Source: Nibricoccus sp.
GTDB taxonomy: Bacteria; Verrucomicrobiota; Verrucomicrobiia; Opitutales; Opitutaceae
Assembly (NCBI GenBank): GCA_047602425.1
Contig: JASGHG010000001.1
Location: 4,480,001-4,544,000 of the forward strand
Direction of reading: 5' to 3'
DNA length: 64,000 nucleotides
The translations under genes and the position numbers were made by a program. Positions 59,412 through 64,000 of this stretch are shown piece by piece (positions within the stretch are counted from its first letter, which is position 1; each line of letters begins with the position of its first letter). Below the pieces are notes generated by a model. That model did no database searches and was not told the DNA's origin. It saw only the letters and a program-made list of their open reading frames with translations.

Positions 59412-60101
59412 TTACCGCACCACAAACTCGCCGACTTTGTCGCGCAAGGCGACGCTCGCGGCGTGGAAGAGCTCCACATCGGGTTGTGTGAAAGGATCGT
59501 TGGTTTTCGAATCGTGTGGCAGCGGCTTGTAGGTCTGCAACGCGTATCGGCGCACCCCATACATGAGCGGAGCGAGTTCATCGATATGTGTGCGTTCGTG
59601 CAGTCCTCCGACCAGCGTGGTGCGAAATTCGTAGGGCAATCCGGACTGTTTAATCAATTCGATGCTGAGCTCGATCGGGCCGGTGTCGACCGGGCAACCC
59701 GTAAAGCGGCCGTACTCGCAAAGTGGGCCTTTGACATCCATGGCGATGTAATCGAGCAGCTTCGCATCGAGCAGCGCGGCGAGGACGTCGGGCTGGCTGC
59801 CGTTGGTGTCGAGTTTGATGAGAAATTCCATCTCGCGCACACGCTGGAGGAAAACATCGAGCCCGGGCTGTATGGTGGGCTCGCCGCCGGTCATGACGAT
59901 GGCGTCGAGTTCGTTGCGATCCGCCCCGAGGTGTTCAATGACTTCTTCAACTGGAATCGCGGGCTGAAAACGCGTGGGGACGGTCAGGGATCGATTGTGG
60001 CAAAAGGGGCAGCGCCAGCAACAGCCTTGGGTCTTGATGACGGCTGCGGTCTTACCCGGATAGTCGATCAGAGAACGTTTTTGGAAGCCGCCGATTCTCA
60101 T
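59412..60101 (-). CDS. nrdG: Anaerobic ribonucleotide reductase activase-like radical SAM protein (NrdG2 type)
   Basis: SLIDYPG, CCWRCPFCHN (CxxxCxxC), TGGEPT, KLDTNGS and YEFRTT motifs. Confidence 0.85.
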   Translation of the reverse strand: MRIGGFQKRSLIDYPGKTAAVIKTQGCCWRCPFCHNRSLTVPTRFQPAIPVEEVIEHLGADRNELDAIVMTGGEPTIQPGLDVFLQRVREMEFLIKLDTNGSQPDVLAALLDAKLLDYIAMDVKGPLCEYGRFTGCPVDTGPIELSIELIKQSGLPYEFRTTLVGGLHERTHIDELAPLMYGVRRYALQTYKPLPHDSKTNDPFTQPDVELFHAASVALRDKVGEFVVR

Positions 60102-60406
60102 AGAAGTATGCTTCGTTGACTAAAAATACCGGAAATTGCGCCGACGTTTTGATTGCTGTGGGGAAGTGGGGCGATGCCTGGGAAATGACACGAGGCACTT
60201 GCCGGGGATGCCCGTTTGGAGAAGTGAGGTAGTTTGGTATTTCCCAACAGGCGACTCAACCCTCCATTCGGCGCCGGGACGCGTAATTAGCCCGGACGAT
60301 TGAGATGATGAAGAGATGGAATGTCACCCGTTGCAGGACAGGCATTAGGAAATGAACACGGCATCGACACGCGGACTGATACCCCTTTAAGGTCTGGTCT
60401 TTAAAC

Positions 60407-60862
60407 ATGTCTTTCCGCATCTGTAAAAGTATCGAAATTGAGAACGGGCACCTGCTGACCAAGCATCCCGATAAATGCCGCTTCCCCCATGGCCACAGTC
60501 GTCGCGTGGACATTGTACTCGCTGCCGATCAGTTGGATGCGAATGACATGGTGTGCGACTTCAAGGCCATTAAAGCCGCCATCGAAACCTTCCTCGATTC
60601 TTGGGACCACGCTTTCTGCCTCAATACCGAGGACCCCCAGTTCGCCGACTTTCAAAAAATCTACGGCGTGCAAGTGATACCGTTCGAAGGGGTCGATCCG
60701 ACCAGCGAAATGATGGCCAAAACCATTTTCGATGTACTAAAGAAACGGCTCAACGACTCCGCTGGCGCCGTCGACGCCCGGTACCGTGTACCGACCGGCG
60801 TGCGTGTCGAACGTGTGCGCGTGACCGAGACTAGCTCCAGCTGGGCGGAATACAGCGAATAA
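60407..60862 (+). CDS. queD: 6-carboxytetrahydropterin synthase (QueD/PTPS family)
   Basis: CRFPHGHS, DF, WDH, PTSE and ET motifs. Confidence 0.88.
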   Translation: MSFRICKSIEIENGHLLTKHPDKCRFPHGHSRRVDIVLAADQLDANDMVCDFKAIKAAIETFLDSWDHAFCLNTEDPQFADFQKIYGVQVIPFEGVDPTSEMMAKTIFDVLKKRLNDSAGAVDARYRVPTGVRVERVRVTETSSSWAEYSE

Positions 60863-60952
60863 TCGCTCTGGTACCCGCCTGCGAGACTGTTCGCAGACCG
60901 CGGCTCCGCCGCCACCTTTTCATATCAAAACAAAGCAAACGCTCCCGATCCA

Positions 60953-60977
60953 ACTTGTCACGTAATACGTGACAAGT
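60953..60977. repeat. TAATA-centred palindrome, copy 3
   Basis: ACTTGTCACGTAATACGTGACAAGT, with perfect 12-bp arms. Confidence 0.8.
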
Positions 60978-61004
60978 GATTGGGGACACGCGGATCGGTT
61001 TGAA

Positions 61005-62264
61005 TCATCGCAGCAATAAATATCTGCCGACGCCCAAGGCTGCGCAACCAGCGATTATGACTAATACGCCCACTTTAAACCAATGGAGCGCAATGAAGGC
61101 ACATGTCGCAAGGACAGTCGCGTACCAATCGATCTTGCTGTGATCGGGAAAGAACACGTGGACGCCAAACCAAACGGCCAGGTTCAGTATGACGCCAACC
61201 ACCGCTGCCGTCACGGCCGATAGCGCGTGGTTGAGCCACGTGACGTGACGCAAGCGCTCGAGATAAGGCGCACCGGCGAAGATAAACATGAAGCTTGGGA
61301 CAAAAGTTGTCCACGTCGTCATTGCCGCGCCCAACGTGGCGGCGGTGAGGGGAGTTAACCCGCCGGGCTGGTTCCAGCCACCGAGGAAACCTACAAATTG
61401 CAGCACCATGATAAGTGGGCCGGGTGTGGTTTCGGCCAGGCCGAGACCGTCGAGCATTTGAGCAGTCGAAAGCCAATGATAGTTTTCCACCGCCTGTTGT
61501 CCAACGTAAGGCAGCACGGCGTAGGCGCCGCCGAAGGTCACGAGCGCGGCACGGCTGAAAAAAAGGCCCAACTGCGCGAGCGTCCCCGACCAGCCTTGAT
61601 AGAACCCGGCGACGAGGACGGGCGTCCACCAAAGCGCGAGCGATATGGCGATAACTTTGATCGTTTGGCGGAGCGACGGGTGCGATTCCGTCAGGCCGGT
61701 GTTGGAGATTATGGGTGGTTTAGCTTGTTTGTTTTTGAAGAAAAGTCCGAGCAACGCGGCCGCGCCGATGACAGCGGGGAAGGGGAGGCGAAAAAAGTAC
61801 AAAGAAACGAACGCCGCGCCGGCGATGCCCCAGTGAAAGCCATTTTTCAACGTCCGCTGACCAATCCGCCAGACGGCGGCGAATACGATGGCGGTGACGG
61901 CTGGTTTGAGGCCGTGAAAGGCGGCGCCGAGCCAGGCGACCTGGCCATAGCTCACGTAGACGAAACTGAGCAGCCAGAGAAACAGCACCGAGGGAAGTAC
62001 GAACAACACGCCAGCGACAATTCCGCCCCATGTGCGATGAAGCAGCCAGCCGCAATAGGTCGCGAGCTGAGTGGCTTCCGGACCCGGAAGCAGCATGCAG
62101 AAATTGAGCGCGTGGAGGAACCGTTCTTCGGAAACCCATTTTTTCTTTTCAACCAACTCGGTGTGCATGATCGCGATCTGCCCGCTCGGCCCGCCGAAGC
62201 TGATCAGCCCCAGTTTCAGCCAAAAGCGCAGTGCTTCGCGAAAGGAAGGAGCCGTGGAGGTCAT
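61005..62264 (-). CDS. chrA: Chromate efflux transporter (long-chain CHR)
   Basis: SFGGP, LPGPEA, TFGGAYAV and TPGP motifs in two homologous halves. Confidence 0.92.
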   Translation of the reverse strand: MTSTAPSFREALRFWLKLGLISFGGPSGQIAIMHTELVEKKKWVSEERFLHALNFCMLLPGPEATQLATYCGWLLHRTWGGIVAGVLFVLPSVLFLWLLSFVYVSYGQVAWLGAAFHGLKPAVTAIVFAAVWRIGQRTLKNGFHWGIAGAAFVSLYFFRLPFPAVIGAAALLGLFFKNKQAKPPIISNTGLTESHPSLRQTIKVIAISLALWWTPVLVAGFYQGWSGTLAQLGLFFSRAALVTFGGAYAVLPYVGQQAVENYHWLSTAQMLDGLGLAETTPGPLIMVLQFVGFLGGWNQPGGLTPLTAATLGAAMTTWTTFVPSFMFIFAGAPYLERLRHVTWLNHALSAVTAAVVGVILNLAVWFGVHVFFPDHSKIDWYATVLATCAFIALHWFKVGVLVIIAGCAALGVGRYLLLR

Positions 62265-62431
62265 CGGCGCTAACCGTACGCGAAGCTGCAAAGACGCAAA
62301 GCGTAATTTCGGTTTCTGAACGTCGATAAGGTAACGATGTTCAGCGGAGGTGCGTGCGGCTGGTCCGAGAGACAAAGCCGGACGTCAGTTGATTTAAGCG
62401 CGATTTTGGAAACATTGCCGACTTTTCGCCG

Positions 62432-63259
62432 ATGTCCGCCTTCATCAATCTGTCTGCCTACAAATTCGCGCCATTGGAAAATCTGCCAGAACTGCGACGA
62501 CGGTTGCTCGATCTTTCCGTTGCTCGTGGTTTGAAAGGCACGATCTTGCTGAGCCGCGAAGGGATAAATCTATTCATTGCGGGGCTTCGGGCCGATGTCG
62601 ACGCGCTGGTTGCGGAAGTGCGAAGCGTTGCGGACCTCGAAGATCTTTCGCCGAAGGAAAGCGAGAGCGCCGAGCAGCCTTTCAACCGAATGCTGGTGAA
62701 AATAAAAAAGGAGATAATCGCGTTTGGCGTCGACGGGATCGACCCTGCGCGTCAGCCCGCGGCCAAGCTGCCTCCGCGCACGTTGAAGCAATGGCTCGAC
62801 GAAGGACGCGAGATTACGCTGCTCGACACGCGCAACGACTACGAGGTGCGTTTGGGCACATTTCGCGGTGCGCTGCCGGCGGGCATCGACAACTTCCGGG
62901 ATTTTCCCAACGCGGTTCAGCGCCTGAAGCCCGAACTAAAAGAAAGACCTATTGTGATGTTTTGCACCGGCGGTATTCGGTGTGAAAAGGCGGGGCCTTT
63001 CATGACGCGCGAAGGTTTCAATGTCTATCAGCTCGAGGGCGGTATTTTAAAATATTTCGAGGAATGCGGTGGCGCGCATTACGAGGGCGAATGTTTCGTT
63101 TTCGACAAGCGCGTGGGCTTGGATCCTGCGCTCAAAGAAACCGATTCGGTGCTTTGTTACGCCTGCCAGATGCCGCTGACCATCGAGGAGCAACGTCACC
63201 CGCACTATGTGCCCGACGTCTCGTGCCCGCATTGCCACGGGCGGGATAAGCGGGGGTGA
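62432..63259 (+). CDS. Rhodanese-related TrhO/YceA-family protein
   Basis: [44 protein letters not shown] and C-terminal Cys motifs. Confidence 0.88.
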   Translation: MSAFINLSAYKFAPLENLPELRRRLLDLSVARGLKGTILLSREGINLFIAGLRADVDALVAEVRSVADLEDLSPKESESAEQPFNRMLVKIKKEIIAFGVDGIDPARQPAAKLPPRTLKQWLDEGREITLLDTRNDYEVRLGTFRGALPAGIDNFRDFPNAVQRLKPELKERPIVMFCTGGIRCEKAGPFMTREGFNVYQLEGGILKYFEECGGAHYEGECFVFDKRVGLDPALKETDSVLCYACQMPLTIEEQRHPHYVPDVSCPHCHGRDKRG

Positions 63260-63423
63260 AGGGCGCATCGCGTTGCGGCTCCAGCCGAGTCCGGTGCGGT
63301 TCCGGCGTGCTGCGGTTGAAGTCCGGGGAGCGCCGTCCCTACTCACACAGGGGAATACTTATGTAATTGCGGTTTATCTGCATTACGGCGGTGAAAATGC
63401 GTAAGTATTTGCTGTACGTCGTA

Positions 63424-63927
63424 ATTGCTTCGCTGTTCGGGGGCATTGTTTTGCTGTCAGGCTCAATTGCTAAGCTGTTTGTCTCAATTGCTGGGCTGTA
63501 CGTGCCGGTTGCTGGCGTGTTTGTGGTCGTTGCTAAGCGGTTTGTCCCCATTGCTTGGCTGTTACAGGGCATTGTTGTGTTGTTTGTGTGCGTTGCTGAC
63601 GTGTCAGCGTGCGTTGTTTGGCGGTACGAGGCGATTGTTGCGCGGTTTGTCTCAATTGCGGCGCTGTCTGTTTGCGTTGCTAACGTGTTCTGGGCGATTG
63701 CTGACGTGTCTGAATGAGTTGTTTTAATGTTTGAGTGAGTTGTTTCGTTGTTTGCGTGAGTTGTTTTGGTGTTCGAACGAGCTGTTTTCGTGTTCGGGCG
63801 AGCTGTTTTTCTGTTCGGGTGAGGTGCGAGGTTGTTCGGATGAGTTGTCTGGCGGTAGGGATGAGTTGTTTCGGCGTCGCGGTGAGGTGCGAAGCTGTTT
63901 GAGCCTGTTGCGACGATGTCAGCGTGA
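63424..63927. repeat. Array of 24 degenerate, indel-free 21-nt tandem units
   Basis: Every unit fits RNTGYNNNNNNGTNNNNNNNN, e.g. ATTGCTAAGCTGTTTGTCTCA and GTTGTTTCGTTGTTTGCGTGA. Confidence 0.9.
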
Positions 63928-63963
63928 GCTGCGGGAAGGGGTGTGGACGATGCGAGAGAGTGG

Positions 63964-63983
63964 GGGTCACGCTTCGGTGACCC
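63964..63983. other. GC-rich hairpin flanking the 21-nt array
   Basis: GGGTCAC-GCTTCG-GTGACCC, just after a possible minus-strand TGA at 63990-63988. Confidence 0.6.
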
Positions 63984-64000
63984 GCGGTCAGGCTCCGGCG

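Noticed and set aside
60102..60406. Riboswitch (cobalamin/preQ1) or NrdR box between nrdG and queD
   Set aside because: I could not recognise the conserved motifs by eye. An Rfam scan would be needed.
61005..63259. chrA plus rhodanese as a chromate-resistance (chrE-type) operon
   Set aside because: The rhodanese has the full TrhO/YceA architecture, is divergently transcribed, and chrB/chrC/chrF are absent.
63424..63927. CRISPR array or DGR template repeat
   Set aside because: There is no constant repeat alternating with unique spacers, no second near-identical copy differing only at adenines, and no cas or reverse transcriptase gene in the window.

Overview
This is a GC-rich, gene-dense bacterial chromosome segment. 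Gene content and style suggest Opitutaceae/Verrucomicrobiota (inference). It holds about 55 CDS, mostly housekeeping: malQ, dxs, xseB, hemW, nadA, a DinG-family helicase, a P1B-type ATPase, ftsB-like, a UDP-sugar pyrophosphorylase plus phosphomutase, pdhABC, a stand-alone 5'-3' exonuclease, rho, coaE, comM, hom, sufU/sufS, nrdG-like, queD, chrA and trhO-like. I saw no rRNA, tRNA, CRISPR, transposase or integrase. The most notable items are: (1) an indel-free array of 24 degenerate 21-nt units at 63424-63927 whose invariant bases fit no single reading frame; (2) a cupin/DUF2249/YwiC/DUF59/Crp-Fnr cluster with two FNR-type boxes, each centred exactly 41.5 bp upstream of an ATG, implying leaderless class II promoters; (3) a fabZ-fabI-oleA-oleB-VOC operon that terminates without oleC/oleD; (4) a low-GC orphan gene with an RxxxxH HEPN-like motif behind comM; (5) several small repeat families (heptamer inverted arrays, a 9-mer MITE-like element, GTAG REPs, and a covarying TAATA-centred palindrome), some of which extend into coding sequences. 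All product calls come from motif recognition, not database searches.
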